Shown one piece after another: positions 17,736 to 27,390 of a stretch of DNA of 64,000 nt; position 1 is the first letter of the stretch, and every line of letters begins with the position of its first letter. The stretch lies in the NCBI GenBank assembly GCA_016708025.1, contig JADJGQ010000004.1, positions 196,903-260,902 of the forward strand. The letters run 5' to 3'. A model generated the notes under the pieces. It was not told the origin of the DNA. It saw nothing but the letters and a program-made list of their open reading frames with translations, and did not search any database. Both the position numbers and the translations under genes were made by a program. The stretch is from a bacterium. Lineage in GTDB: Bacteria; Zixibacteria; MSB-5A5; GN15; FEB-12.

Positions 17736-19196
17736 ATGCGTATTGTGCATGGGATAATGGTATCAGTCGCCCTCGTCCTGATCTCTATCAGCAACAGCAA
17801 GGGAGAGGATTCTACCGGCCGGACGGAGTTGGCGAAAACGGTGACAGGTGGCAGGGTGCTGGCGTATATCGATGCGTTTAATTCAGGGGATACCGCGGAT
17901 ATGCGGCAGTTTTTTGAGCAGCATATCAGCGAGCAGGGGAAAGCCAATCGGCCTGTGGCAGTCCGTGTCGAGCGCTATCAGGGGATGGTGGGCCAGATCC
18001 GGACAATCAATCTGCAGCGAGTTGAGTCTGTCTCTGAAGAGGTTTCGGTGGTTTATGCAACCAATGGGCGAGGGGAGTGGATGCAGTTGCAGTTTGAATT
18101 TGAAGCAGAGCCGCCGCACTTTCTGGCGGGATTGGGAATCGAATTAATGGAAGAGCCACCCTCTGCAGAGCCTTCGACACCACTGACTCGCGCAGAGGCA
18201 GTCGCCGCTATCGATAAGCTGGTCGATTCATTGGCTCGTGAGGATAGCTTTTCGGGGAATCTGCTGTTGGGATTCGATGGTAACGTGGTTCTGACCAAGT
18301 CGGTGGGGATGGCGGACCGTTCGCTGGGCGTGCCGAACAAGCTGTCGACCAAATTCAATCTTGGGTCAATCAATAAGATATTCACTAAGATAGCGATAGC
18401 TCAGCTAGTGCAGGGGGAGAAGATCAGCCTGGAGGCACCGTTCGGCAAGTACCTGATCGACTATCCAAACCGTGATGTGGCTTCGCGGGTGACAGTGAGA
18501 CAGCTTCTCGATATGACCTCGGGGATCGGCGACTTTTTTGGGTCGGCCTTTGAGAATAGCCCAAAAGATCGGTTCAGGAGCAACAGCGACTACATCCCGT
18601 TGTTTGCTTCGGATCCGCTCTGGTTTGAACCGGGGACAGACCGTCGTTACTCCAACGGGAGTTATGTCCTGCTTGGAGCGATTGTTGAGGCTGTCAGCGG
18701 AACCTCATACTACCAATACGTTAGAGATCATATTTATGCGCCAGCCGGAATGACCAACAGCGACTCGTATGCCCTCGATGAGATCGTATCGGATCTGGCC
18801 AGGGGGTATACGCGGGGGGAGAATCCTGAGGATGACCGGCTTCGCCCGAACATCTATACCCTTCCGGCCAGGGGAAGTGCGGCGGGTGGCGGGTATGCGA
18901 CTGTCGATGATCTGTTCAGGTTTCATCAGGCGCTTGCCGCGGGGAAGTTACTGGATGCCGGGCACACTGCCTGGATATTGACTGGCGAGCCGCCGTCTCA
19001 GCAGGCAAAAGAGGTCACCCTGCCATTGTCTCAAGGGGGGCTAGGGATAGCGGGTGGATCGCCGGGGGTGAATGCGGCGGTGGAGTCGGATCTGGCCGCG
19101 GGGTATACATTGGTGGTCCTTTCTAATCTTGATCCTCCGAGCGCGGAGCAGTTGGCGGGCAAAGTCCGGCGGTTGCTCCAGCGGGTCCGTCGGTAA
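17736..19196 (+). CDS. serine hydrolase of the beta-lactamase / penicillin-binding family
   Basis: Signal peptide present. SxxK motif (GSINKIFT) and a YSN motif (RRYSNGSY) follow an extra ~140-aa N-terminal domain. Confidence 0.85.
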   Translation: MRIVHGIMVSVALVLISISNSKGEDSTGRTELAKTVTGGRVLAYIDAFNSGDTADMRQFFEQHISEQGKANRPVAVRVERYQGMVGQIRTINLQRVESVSEEVSVVYATNGRGEWMQLQFEFEAEPPHFLAGLGIELMEEPPSAEPSTPLTRAEAVAAIDKLVDSLAREDSFSGNLLLGFDGNVVLTKSVGMADRSLGVPNKLSTKFNLGSINKIFTKIAIAQLVQGEKISLEAPFGKYLIDYPNRDVASRVTVRQLLDMTSGIGDFFGSAFENSPKDRFRSNSDYIPLFASDPLWFEPGTDRRYSNGSYVLLGAIVEAVSGTSYYQYVRDHIYAPAGMTNSDSYALDEIVSDLARGYTRGENPEDDRLRPNIYTLPARGSAAGGGYATVDDLFRFHQALAAGKLLDAGHTAWILTGEPPSQQAKEVTLPLSQGGLGIAGGSPGVNAAVESDLAAGYTLVVLSNLDPPSAEQLAGKVRRLLQRVRR

Positions 19197-19276
19197 GCCA
19201 AGAACTAAGTAGCGGAGCGGTTTGTCCCGTCCTATCTTGCGGCTTCCGCGAGAGCGAAAAGTACGGAAACAATTAT

Positions 19277-19288
19277 GTAAGTGCTTAC
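19277..19288. promoter_or_regulatory. palindrome GTAAG-TG-CTTAC, a candidate MarR operator
   Basis: Perfect 5+5 inverted repeat 55 nt upstream of the MarR-GNAT start codon. Confidence 0.3.
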
Positions 19289-19342
19289 GTAAACTGAGCA
19301 GAGACGCCCGGGGAGGCGTCGCCGCCAAAGGACGGGGTAACG

Positions 19343-20317
19343 ATGGACCTCATCAAGGAACTGGGACCACTGGCACTGGGGAGCCGGCTTCGCCGGCTCA
19401 GCGAACGACTGATGCGCGATATCACGCGCGTGTACGATGCCCAGCAGGTGGAGTTTGAGCCGCGCTGGTTTGCTGTCACCTACCTGTTGAACAAGGAAGG
19501 GGCGATGAATGTCACGGCGATCGCACGGGCGCTCGGGCTGACCCATCCGGCGATCAACCAGATCGCGGATGCGATGGTCAAGCGGGGACTGCTGGTCGGG
19601 CACAAAGGGAAGTCGGATGAGCGGCAGCGGATGCTCAGCCTCACTCCTAAGGCCCGGGAGACAGTCAAGCGATTGACCCCGGTCTGGGAGGAGATCGAGG
19701 CAGCGAATCGCGAGTTGTTGCGGTCGGCCGGCAAGGATCTCCTGACAATGGTCACCCTGATCGAGAAGGATCTTGATCGCACAGATATGTATCAGCGGGT
19801 GATGACTCGATTGCAGGACCGTCGGCTTGCGGCAATCGAGGTGGTTGAATACAAGCCGGCCTTCAAGAAGCACTTTAAGTCTATCAATGTCGAGTGGCTG
19901 AGGAAGTACTTTGAGGTTGAGCCGGCGGACGAGGTGTTGTTGAACGATCCGGTCGGGAAGATCATTAACAAGGGAGGGATGGTCTTTTTCGCTCGGCTGG
20001 ACGGTGAGGTTGTCGGAACCTGCGCGTTAATCAAGCGGGGGCCGCGCGAGTATGAGCTTGGCAAGATGGGAGTGGTGCCGAAAGCCCAAGGGCAACAAGT
20101 GGGCCGGTGTTTGCTGACGGTGGCGATCAACTACGCCAAGCAGAACGGGGCAGAGGCGGTCTACCTGCACACGAGTCCGAAGTTGGCGGCGGCCACCAGT
20201 CTTTACCTGTCGGAAGGGTTTGTGGAGGTACCGTTTGACCAGGCGGCCCACGAGCATCACCGACCATCGATCAAAATGAGGTTAGAATTTCGCTCGCCTA
20301 AAAGGCGAAAAAGGTAA
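19343..20317 (+). CDS. MarR-family winged-helix regulator fused to a GNAT N-acetyltransferase
   Basis: The N-terminal ~150 aa are MarR-like (MNVTAIARALGLTHPAINQIADAMVKRGLL...). The C-terminal ~165 aa are GNAT, with the acetyl-CoA motif MGVVPKAQGQQVGRCLL. Confidence 0.8.
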   Translation: MDLIKELGPLALGSRLRRLSERLMRDITRVYDAQQVEFEPRWFAVTYLLNKEGAMNVTAIARALGLTHPAINQIADAMVKRGLLVGHKGKSDERQRMLSLTPKARETVKRLTPVWEEIEAANRELLRSAGKDLLTMVTLIEKDLDRTDMYQRVMTRLQDRRLAAIEVVEYKPAFKKHFKSINVEWLRKYFEVEPADEVLLNDPVGKIINKGGMVFFARLDGEVVGTCALIKRGPREYELGKMGVVPKAQGQQVGRCLLTVAINYAKQNGAEAVYLHTSPKLAAATSLYLSEGFVEVPFDQAAHEHHRPSIKMRLEFRSPKRRKR

Positions 20318-20336
20318 GAGAGAGGAGCGGACAACT

Positions 20337-21698
20337 ATGAAAACGTACGTAATTCGCGCAATGATCCTGGCGATTCTGGTGGTGGGGAGTTGCATCGCCT
20401 TCGTGCCGAACGGAAGCGCACAGACAGTGGTGGCGGGAGGGCAGGATGAGCCGATCGCCGATGCGCGCAAAGCAGAGATCATCGACAGCGTCTCGGCGCT
20501 GGTAAACCGGGCGTACGTTTTTCCCGAAGTGGCCAAAAAGATGGAGACCGCCATTCGCAAGAAGCTGAAATCCGGCGGATACCGTGAATTCGCCACGGCG
20601 GTGCCATTCCTGACTGCCTTGCACAAGGATCTTCGCGATGTCTGTAAGGACGGACACTTTGGAGTGAGGTACGACCCGAATCCACGTCCGGCGGGAGATT
20701 CGATCTCGCCAGAAATGGAAAAGGAGTACTTAGAATCCGAACGTCGGGCGAACTACGGCTTTGAGAAGATGGAGATTCTCACCGGGAATATTGGCTATTT
20801 CAAACTGATGGGCTTTACGCCGACCGATATAGCCGGACCAACCGCCATTGCGGCGATGGGATTCCTGCAGAATTGCGATGCCCTGATTATTGACCTTCGC
20901 GAAAATGGCGGCGGTGATCCGACCATGATCCAGTTGATCTCGAGTTATTTCTTTGATCAGGTGGTTCATCTCAACAGCTTTGAGGAGCGTGGTAATGATA
21001 CGCTCAAGCAGTTCTGGACCAGCCTCGGCGTGGTCGGCAAAAAGCTGACGGGTATCCCGATCTACGTACTGACCAGCAACTACACCTTCTCGGCGGCAGA
21101 GGAGTTCAGCTACAATCTGAAGAATCTGAAGCGTGCAACCATTGTCGGTGAGACGACCGGCGGAGGGGCGCATCCGGTGAATGAGTATGCGTTCCCTAAT
21201 CTCAAGGTGTCGATGCGAGTGCCGTATGCGCGAGCGATCAATCCGGTAACCGGCACCAACTGGGAGGGAGTCGGAGTAAAACCGGATATTGATGTACCGG
21301 CAGAGAAAGCGCTGGTCGCGGCGCAATTGGATGCCTTCAGGAAAATGCAGGAAACGACCGGCAATCCGGATCGAAAGCGGGAATATGCCTGGATCGCGAC
21401 CCGACTGGATGCTGAGTTAAATCCGCCGACTGTGACGGAAAGCGATCTTTCTCCGTGCGCCGGGCTGTACGGACCTCGCACCATTACCTTTGAGGGGGGT
21501 GAGCTCCATTCGCAAAGAGAGGGGGGGCCGAAGTTTCCGCTGGTGGCGATGACACGTGATCTGTTTCGTATTGGAGGCGCCGGTCCCGATCGGATGCGAT
21601 TGAAATTCCAGCGAGACAGCTCCGGTACGGTGACTGGAGCGGTGGCAATCTTTCTGGATGGCCGGGAAGAGAACTTCCCGCGAAAGTCGGCGAACTGA
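20337..21698 (+). CDS. S41-family (tail-specific / IRBP-like) peptidase
   Basis: Signal peptide present. Family motifs IIDLRENGGGDP and TFSAAEEF are present. 453 aa. Confidence 0.8.
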   Translation: MKTYVIRAMILAILVVGSCIAFVPNGSAQTVVAGGQDEPIADARKAEIIDSVSALVNRAYVFPEVAKKMETAIRKKLKSGGYREFATAVPFLTALHKDLRDVCKDGHFGVRYDPNPRPAGDSISPEMEKEYLESERRANYGFEKMEILTGNIGYFKLMGFTPTDIAGPTAIAAMGFLQNCDALIIDLRENGGGDPTMIQLISSYFFDQVVHLNSFEERGNDTLKQFWTSLGVVGKKLTGIPIYVLTSNYTFSAAEEFSYNLKNLKRATIVGETTGGGAHPVNEYAFPNLKVSMRVPYARAINPVTGTNWEGVGVKPDIDVPAEKALVAAQLDAFRKMQETTGNPDRKREYAWIATRLDAELNPPTVTESDLSPCAGLYGPRTITFEGGELHSQREGGPKFPLVAMTRDLFRIGGAGPDRMRLKFQRDSSGTVTGAVAIFLDGREENFPRKSAN

Positions 21699-21729
21699 AC
21701 GGATTTTTCGCTTCACATATAATGTAGGC

Positions 21730-21762
21730 AAAGAGAGCTGTCCGAGGGGGACAGCTCTCTTT
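21730..21762 (+). terminator. 14-bp perfect hairpin downstream of the S41 peptidase gene
   Basis: AAAGAGAGCTGTCC (21730-21743), loop GAGGG, GGACAGCTCTCTTT (21749-21762). The T-tract is weak (TTTGTAT). Confidence 0.6.
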
Positions 21763-21868
21763 GTATGATTGCCGCTTTACGAACTGTTCAGAATCGTGCA
21801 TTTTTCCTGTATCTGAACTGACATTTCTCCGTACTGAGAGGAAACGTTCACAAGCAGGACCCTCACAC

Positions 21869-22753
21869 ATGCAATTAGAGATCACAAATCTCTCCAAGCA
21901 GTACAAGGGGGGAGTCTGGGGATTACGCGATTTTTCCCTGTCACTCCGTCCCGGTATTCTCGGACTTCTTGGCCCGAATGGGGCGGGGAAGTCGACCTTG
22001 ATGCGCATTCTCGCGACAGTGACCAAACCGACAGAGGGGAAAGTCACCTGGAATGGGACAGATATTGGGCGCGAACCAAATCTGTTGCGCGAGCAGCTCG
22101 GCTATCTGCCGCAGGATTTTGGGGTTTATCCGCATCTTTCCGCGCAGGAATTTCTTGAGTATCTGGCGGCAGCCAAAGGGCTTCATGGTGCGACTGCCAA
22201 GCGACGGATCGAGGAGTTGCTGTTGCTGGTTAATTTGCAGGATGCGCGCAAACGGCAGGTGGGCGGATTTTCCGGGGGGATGCGCCAGCGCGTTGGTATT
22301 GCGGCGGCTTTGCTGAATGATCCCAAGCTATTGATCGTGGATGAACCGACGGCGGGATTGGATCCGGAGGAGCGAGTTCGATTCCGCAATCTGCTTAGCG
22401 ATTTTTCCGGCGAACGAATAGTCATTCTCTCGACTCATATCGTTTCTGATGTTGAGTCGATCGCGACCGGGATCACGCTTATCCAGAAGGGGAAGCTGCT
22501 GGTATCGGCGCCTCCCGATGAGCTGCTCTCGCGCGCGGAGGGGAAAGTATGGGAACTGAATATTGCGTCGGACGATCTGCCGTCACTCAGGCAGAAACAC
22601 CTCGTCACGGCAGTTGTACGGCGAAGTGATGGATTGCGAGTGCGGATAGTGTCTGATTCAGCGCCAAACGGCGGCGCGCAGGCCGTTACTCCATCGCTTG
22701 AAGATATCTACCTCTGGTATATGGCGTACGAACGAGAGCGGGCTGTCGCATGA
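21869..22753 (+). CDS. ABC transporter ATP-binding protein
   Basis: Trimmed to the ATG at 21869 (MQLEITNLSKQY). Walker A GPNGAGKST, signature FSGGMRQRVG and Walker B LLIVDEPTAGLD are present. It overlaps the next gene by 4 nt. Confidence 0.9.
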   Translation: MQLEITNLSKQYKGGVWGLRDFSLSLRPGILGLLGPNGAGKSTLMRILATVTKPTEGKVTWNGTDIGREPNLLREQLGYLPQDFGVYPHLSAQEFLEYLAAAKGLHGATAKRRIEELLLLVNLQDARKRQVGGFSGGMRQRVGIAAALLNDPKLLIVDEPTAGLDPEERVRFRNLLSDFSGERIVILSTHIVSDVESIATGITLIQKGKLLVSAPPDELLSRAEGKVWELNIASDDLPSLRQKHLVTAVVRRSDGLRVRIVSDSAPNGGAQAVTPSLEDIYLWYMAYERERAVA

Positions 22754-24348
22754 ACAAGATGGCGGTGCTCTATCATATTGCGCGGGCCGATTTTCTCGAG
22801 CGGATCCGTCGTCCCAGCTTTTTCGTTGTCCTGGTGCTCAGTCTGTATGTTGGCTATTTGTTCGTACCGGAGGCGGATGCCGGGTATCTGACGGTGGGGA
22901 TCGGGGATATGCGGGGTATCTACAATTCCGCCTGGATCGGCATCACCTACTCGCTCATGTGCTCGACCTTTCTTTCCGTCATAGGTTTCTATCTCATCAA
23001 AAACTCTGTCGCGCGCGACAGAGATACCCGCGTCGCTCAATTGCTTGCCAGTACCAGACTCACGGGGTTTGAGTATCTGCTGGGGAAAACGCTGAGCAAT
23101 TTCAGCCTGCTTGGCGCGGTCGTGGCGACTTTGATGGTGACTGCGATCGCCACGCAGTTGATCCGGGCCGAGGATACCACCATACATCTGGGGCAGATTG
23201 TCACGCCGACACTGGTCATGGCGCTACCCCTTTTATTGGTGATCTCAGCACTGGCGGTGTTGTTTGAAGTTACTCCGCTGTTGCGAGGGGCGCTGGGGAA
23301 TGTTGCCTACTTTTTTCTCTGGAACCTGATGCTGGTGTTATCGCTGGTGACCAACGAGACAGAGGGTCACGCGATGCGCGGAGCAAACGATCTACCGGGG
23401 CTTACCAGGATATTTGAACAGTTGTGCCGGAAGGTGGCGGAAGAGACCGGCCAGACTTTTGAGAGGGCGTCGGTCGGGATTCAGCTCATCGCCGATGCTG
23501 AGCGGCCGACTACTTTCCTCTGGAATGGAATGCAATGGACGCCGGGGATGGTTTTTGAGCGCTTGATCTGGGTGGCTTTCGCGGTCGGCATTGTTCTGAT
23601 TGCTGTACCGATCTTTCGCCGGTTCGAGTCACTCTCGATCGCTCCGACAGTCGACAAAAAGAAACAGAACGGCGATGCGGAAGGGATTGTGGCGATACCA
23701 TCATCCAGCGAGAATCGGACATTGACACCGATCAGAGAACGGCTCCATGTCGGCCTCGTGCCGATGTTGCGTGTAGAACTGTGGCTGGCATTACGCGGAG
23801 CCAATCGGTGGTGGTATCTCGGGATGGGAGTACTGGTCCTGGTATGTCTGGTGACTCCGCTGGAGGTTGCTCGCAAGTTTATTTTCCCGATTGCCTGGAT
23901 CTGGCCGATGGCGATCTGGTCATCCATGGGGACGCGTGAGAAAAAGCATGCGGTTGAACAAGTGATGTTTACCAACCCGCATTTCCTGAAGTGTCAATTT
24001 CCCGCAATGTGGCTCAGTGGGCTTTTGGTAACGGCAGTCGCAGGGAGCGGGATGGCGATCCGATTTTTGATCGCCGGAGAAATGAATAGTCTATTTGCAT
24101 GGGGTGTCGGGCTGTTTTTTATCCCGACGTTTGCCCTGGCGGCGGGAGTCTGGACCGGGAGAGCGTTGCTCTTTGAAGCGATCTACGTGGCACTCTGGTA
24201 TATCGGGCCAATGAACCAAGTGCCGTTTCTGGACTTCATGGGAGCGACTTCCTCAGTCACTCCGGCGATAAGTATTGCCTTTGCGATAGTGACCGGGATC
24301 ATGCTGTCGGCAGCCTGGATAGGCCGCCGACAACAGATGAGTTTGTAA
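22750..24348 (+). CDS. polytopic membrane protein, probable permease partner of the upstream ABC ATPase
   Basis: 532 aa with many hydrophobic segments. Translationally coupled (ATGA) to the ATPase. Confidence 0.6.
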   Translation: MNKMAVLYHIARADFLERIRRPSFFVVLVLSLYVGYLFVPEADAGYLTVGIGDMRGIYNSAWIGITYSLMCSTFLSVIGFYLIKNSVARDRDTRVAQLLASTRLTGFEYLLGKTLSNFSLLGAVVATLMVTAIATQLIRAEDTTIHLGQIVTPTLVMALPLLLVISALAVLFEVTPLLRGALGNVAYFFLWNLMLVLSLVTNETEGHAMRGANDLPGLTRIFEQLCRKVAEETGQTFERASVGIQLIADAERPTTFLWNGMQWTPGMVFERLIWVAFAVGIVLIAVPIFRRFESLSIAPTVDKKKQNGDAEGIVAIPSSSENRTLTPIRERLHVGLVPMLRVELWLALRGANRWWYLGMGVLVLVCLVTPLEVARKFIFPIAWIWPMAIWSSMGTREKKHAVEQVMFTNPHFLKCQFPAMWLSGLLVTAVAGSGMAIRFLIAGEMNSLFAWGVGLFFIPTFALAAGVWTGRALLFEAIYVALWYIGPMNQVPFLDFMGATSSVTPAISIAFAIVTGIMLSAAWIGRRQQMSL

Positions 24349-24350
24349 GC

Positions 24351-25517
24351 TTAGCGAGTTTTGAGGGCCTGGACAATGCGCAGGCGTGATGCGCGTACTG
24401 CCGGGAGGAAGCCGCCTATAATGCCCATGATGATCGAGAAGATCAGCGAATTGATCGCTATTTCCGGGGACATGCGGAAGGAAAAGGCCAGTTCCGCAAA
24501 GGTATCAAAGTTGGTGGTCGAGATCTCGACGAATTGAAGAGAGGTCGCCAGGAGAATTCCAATAACTCCTCCCACGATCGCGATAAAAAGCGACTCAAAG
24601 AGAAATGCGCCGAGGACCGAGGCACGTGAGAATCCGAGGGCGCGCAGTGTACCGATCTCGACCGTACGGTTGGCGACCGAAGCGTACATTGTGATCATCG
24701 CTCCCACAATGGCGCCGAATGAGAAAATGACAGAAATCGCCACCCCCAACATATTGATGAATCCGCTGAAGGCCGCCGACTGCTTGTGGTAGTACTCTCT
24801 TTCCGGCAGAACATCAACCTGAAGGCGTGGATCCGCTTCCAGTCGCTTCTTGATATCCGCAAACGAATGTGCGGGGTCGACTGCAAAGGTGAGCGAAGAG
24901 TAGATAGGTCGTTCGAAAGCGGCCATAAACTGGTCAACGTCACCACAAATCTCTGATTCAAAGCCTGAGCCGCCAGCTTCAAACAGTCCTACCACAGTCC
25001 AGTCCCGCTGACCGAAACGGACTGTCTCGCCGAGTCCACACCCGACAAAATTCCCGGCGACTTTGACACCGGCGATGATCTCGGAAGTGCCGGGTTGAAA
25101 CATGCGTCCCTGAGTGATCTTGACATGAGGACGGACCTTGAATGAACCATCGCTGATGCCGCGAACCGGGACGTTGGATTCTTCGCCGTTGGTCCGCTTG
25201 GGCAGACTGATGAGTAAGAGGACCTCGTTGGCAAACATCGGCTGACCACCGGCATCGCGCATGATCCCCTGATCGGTCTTGATAATGTCGGCCGCTTCAC
25301 GACCCACCAGGGAGACCAATTCGGTATTGGCGGCTTTACGGACAACGATTGCATTCTGGCTCGACCCGGTGGCCACGAGAGTCTGTTCCAGGCCGTTCGT
25401 GAGCATCAAGACGGCACAGAAAACAAATACGACCAGCGCGATACCGCTGAGGGTCAGGATAGAAGTCAACTTGCGAGCGAAGCTGTTCTTGTATGAATAG
25501 TTCAATAGTTTTGGCAT
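24351..25517 (-). CDS. ABC transporter permease, FtsX/MacB-like
   Basis: N-terminal TM, a large periplasmic domain and a C-terminal FtsX-type 3-TM bundle. Part of an adaptor-ATPase-permease-permease operon. Confidence 0.85.
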   Translation of the reverse strand: MPKLLNYSYKNSFARKLTSILTLSGIALVVFVFCAVLMLTNGLEQTLVATGSSQNAIVVRKAANTELVSLVGREAADIIKTDQGIMRDAGGQPMFANEVLLLISLPKRTNGEESNVPVRGISDGSFKVRPHVKITQGRMFQPGTSEIIAGVKVAGNFVGCGLGETVRFGQRDWTVVGLFEAGGSGFESEICGDVDQFMAAFERPIYSSLTFAVDPAHSFADIKKRLEADPRLQVDVLPEREYYHKQSAAFSGFINMLGVAISVIFSFGAIVGAMITMYASVANRTVEIGTLRALGFSRASVLGAFLFESLFIAIVGGVIGILLATSLQFVEISTTNFDTFAELAFSFRMSPEIAINSLIFSIIMGIIGGFLPAVRASRLRIVQALKTR

Positions 25518-25528
25518 AGCAGTAACTC

Positions 25529-26686
25529 CTAATCCACCACCCGCAGACCATCAACGATGGAGGTCCGCAGTGCTTTCATGGCCGGGAAGATGGCGGCCAG
25601 GATTCCCACGATGAGAGCCGATCCACCGGCGAGAATGAAGGTCAGTGCCGGCATCGGGAAGGCGCTGAAGTATAACGCCATGGCCACTTTCATCAGGCCG
25701 ACGATGGGGAAGGTGAGGGCGATCCCGAGTGCGCCTCCCAGACATGCAATCAAAAATGACTCGCCAAAAATCAGTCCCACTATATGGCCGTTGCCGAATC
25801 CGAGCGTCTTAAGAACGGCGTACTCACCGATCCGTTCGCGGGCGGTCATGGCCATAGTGTTCGCCAACACGAGCAGGACGATCCCGATGACCATGATCGA
25901 GACGATCTGCATGCCGACGATGATTGAGCCGGACATCTCGACAAAACTGAGAGCGAATGCTTCCTCGGTCTGTGTCTTGGTTTCCGCGGCTGAGTTGTCG
26001 AACATGGCGTCAATCTCGTTAGAAATGGCGGTGGCGCGGGACGGATCATCGATCTGTATCATAAACCAGCCGACCTGGCCGGCGCGTGGCGGCATCTCCT
26101 GACGCATCCGTTCATCGACATAGGCATAGTGAAAGATGAACGAGCTTTCATCGGTATTCTCTTTGGCACCCGTGTAGATGCCGCGGATCACAAAGTCCCA
26201 ATCGCCGGGATAAATATCGCCGATGATGCGGACCGGGTCGCCGACCTTAAAGCCAAAACGATCGGCGAGTCGTCGTCCGACAATGACGGCATTGCGCTCT
26301 TTGAGGAAGGTTTCTTTCTGGTCCGGCGGGATCAGAAATTCCGGATACATTTTGAGGTAAGGTTCTGCCTCGACCGCGAATTTGGGGAAGAAGTTCGCAG
26401 GATCGACATAAATGCCGCCAAACCACTGCGCGTGGGCGACAGACTGTACGCCCGGGACGGCGGCGATCTTCGATTGATAGGAGATCGGCAGGGTGAAAAT
26501 GATGGAAACATCGTTGTTGGCCACCAGCCGATTGGGGGAGGAGGCCGATGCCTGGCTGTACCAGGCCTCGATCGCCGTACGGATGACCGCAAAGGCCATG
26601 ACGGCGATCGCCATGCCAATGATTGTCAAAGCCGTGCGGAGCTTGTGACGTCCGGCATTGCGGATGGTTAACTTGAAGATATTCAC
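25529..26686 (-). CDS. ABC transporter permease, FtsX/MacB-like (paralog of 24351..25517)
   Basis: Same architecture as its neighbour. It overlaps the ATPase gene by 4 nt. Confidence 0.85.
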   Translation of the reverse strand: MNIFKLTIRNAGRHKLRTALTIIGMAIAVMAFAVIRTAIEAWYSQASASSPNRLVANNDVSIIFTLPISYQSKIAAVPGVQSVAHAQWFGGIYVDPANFFPKFAVEAEPYLKMYPEFLIPPDQKETFLKERNAVIVGRRLADRFGFKVGDPVRIIGDIYPGDWDFVIRGIYTGAKENTDESSFIFHYAYVDERMRQEMPPRAGQVGWFMIQIDDPSRATAISNEIDAMFDNSAAETKTQTEEAFALSFVEMSGSIIVGMQIVSIMVIGIVLLVLANTMAMTARERIGEYAVLKTLGFGNGHIVGLIFGESFLIACLGGALGIALTFPIVGLMKVAMALYFSAFPMPALTFILAGGSALIVGILAAIFPAMKALRTSIVDGLRVVD

Positions 26687-27375
26687 TTTGCCCCGTTCCC
26701 GTTGACCAGCTCACCTTTGTCCAGGTGACGGGTGATGTGCGCCTTTTCTGCCGCCCGGGGATCGTGAGTGACCATCACAATGGTCTTCTTGTACTGTTTG
26801 TTAAGCTGCGACAACAGCTCCATGATATCTTCGGCGGACTTTTTGTCGAGGTCGCCGGTAGGCTCATCGGCCAGGATAACGTTTGGATCGGTCACCAGGG
26901 CACGGGCGATAGCTACGCGCTGTTCCTGTCCACCGGAGAGCTGATTCGGGTAGTGCCGCATCCGGTCACCCAAGCCAACGATACTCAGGGCGGTTTCGAC
27001 CTGTTTCTTTCGCTCAGCCTTGTTCAGTTTGGTCAGCATCAGGGGAAGCTCAACATTTTCGAAGGCGGTGAGCACAGGGATAAGGTTGTAGAACTGGAAG
27101 ATGAATCCGATGTTTCTCTGGCGCCAGCGGGCAAGTTCAGCGTCACTCAGTCCGGAGATCTGGGATTCAGCTACAGTCACATTTCCCTGGGTAGGGCGGT
27201 CGATCCCTGCCAGCAAATTGAGCAGAGTGGTTTTGCCGGAGCCTGATGGCCCCATGAGGGCGACGAATTCTCCTTCGGGGATGGAGAAGGAGATTGACCG
27301 AAGTACCGGTATCTCGATCGTGTCGCGCCAGTACGACTTAAAGACATTTTCGACTTTGACCATCGCTTGTGACAT
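26683..27375 (-). CDS. ABC transporter ATP-binding protein, MacB/LolD type
   Basis: Walker [10 protein letters not shown], signature [15 protein letters not shown] and Walker [12 protein letters not shown]. Confidence 0.9.
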   Translation of the reverse strand: MSQAMVKVENVFKSYWRDTIEIPVLRSISFSIPEGEFVALMGPSGSGKTTLLNLLAGIDRPTQGNVTVAESQISGLSDAELARWRQRNIGFIFQFYNLIPVLTAFENVELPLMLTKLNKAERKKQVETALSIVGLGDRMRHYPNQLSGGQEQRVAIARALVTDPNVILADEPTGDLDKKSAEDIMELLSQLNKQYKKTIVMVTHDPRAAEKAHITRHLDKGELVNGNGAK

Positions 27376-27390
27376 ATCTACAATCCTTAC

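Noticed and set aside
21761-21868. N-terminal extensions of track ORFs (21761, 44654, 55627, 28668, 10772, 48898, 13734, 44660, 34730)
   Set aside because: The extensions have no family homology. They often overlap terminators or upstream genes, and internal ATG codons with Shine-Dalgarno-like sequences give N-termini typical of the respective families. Coordinates were trimmed accordingly, but the starts remain predictions.
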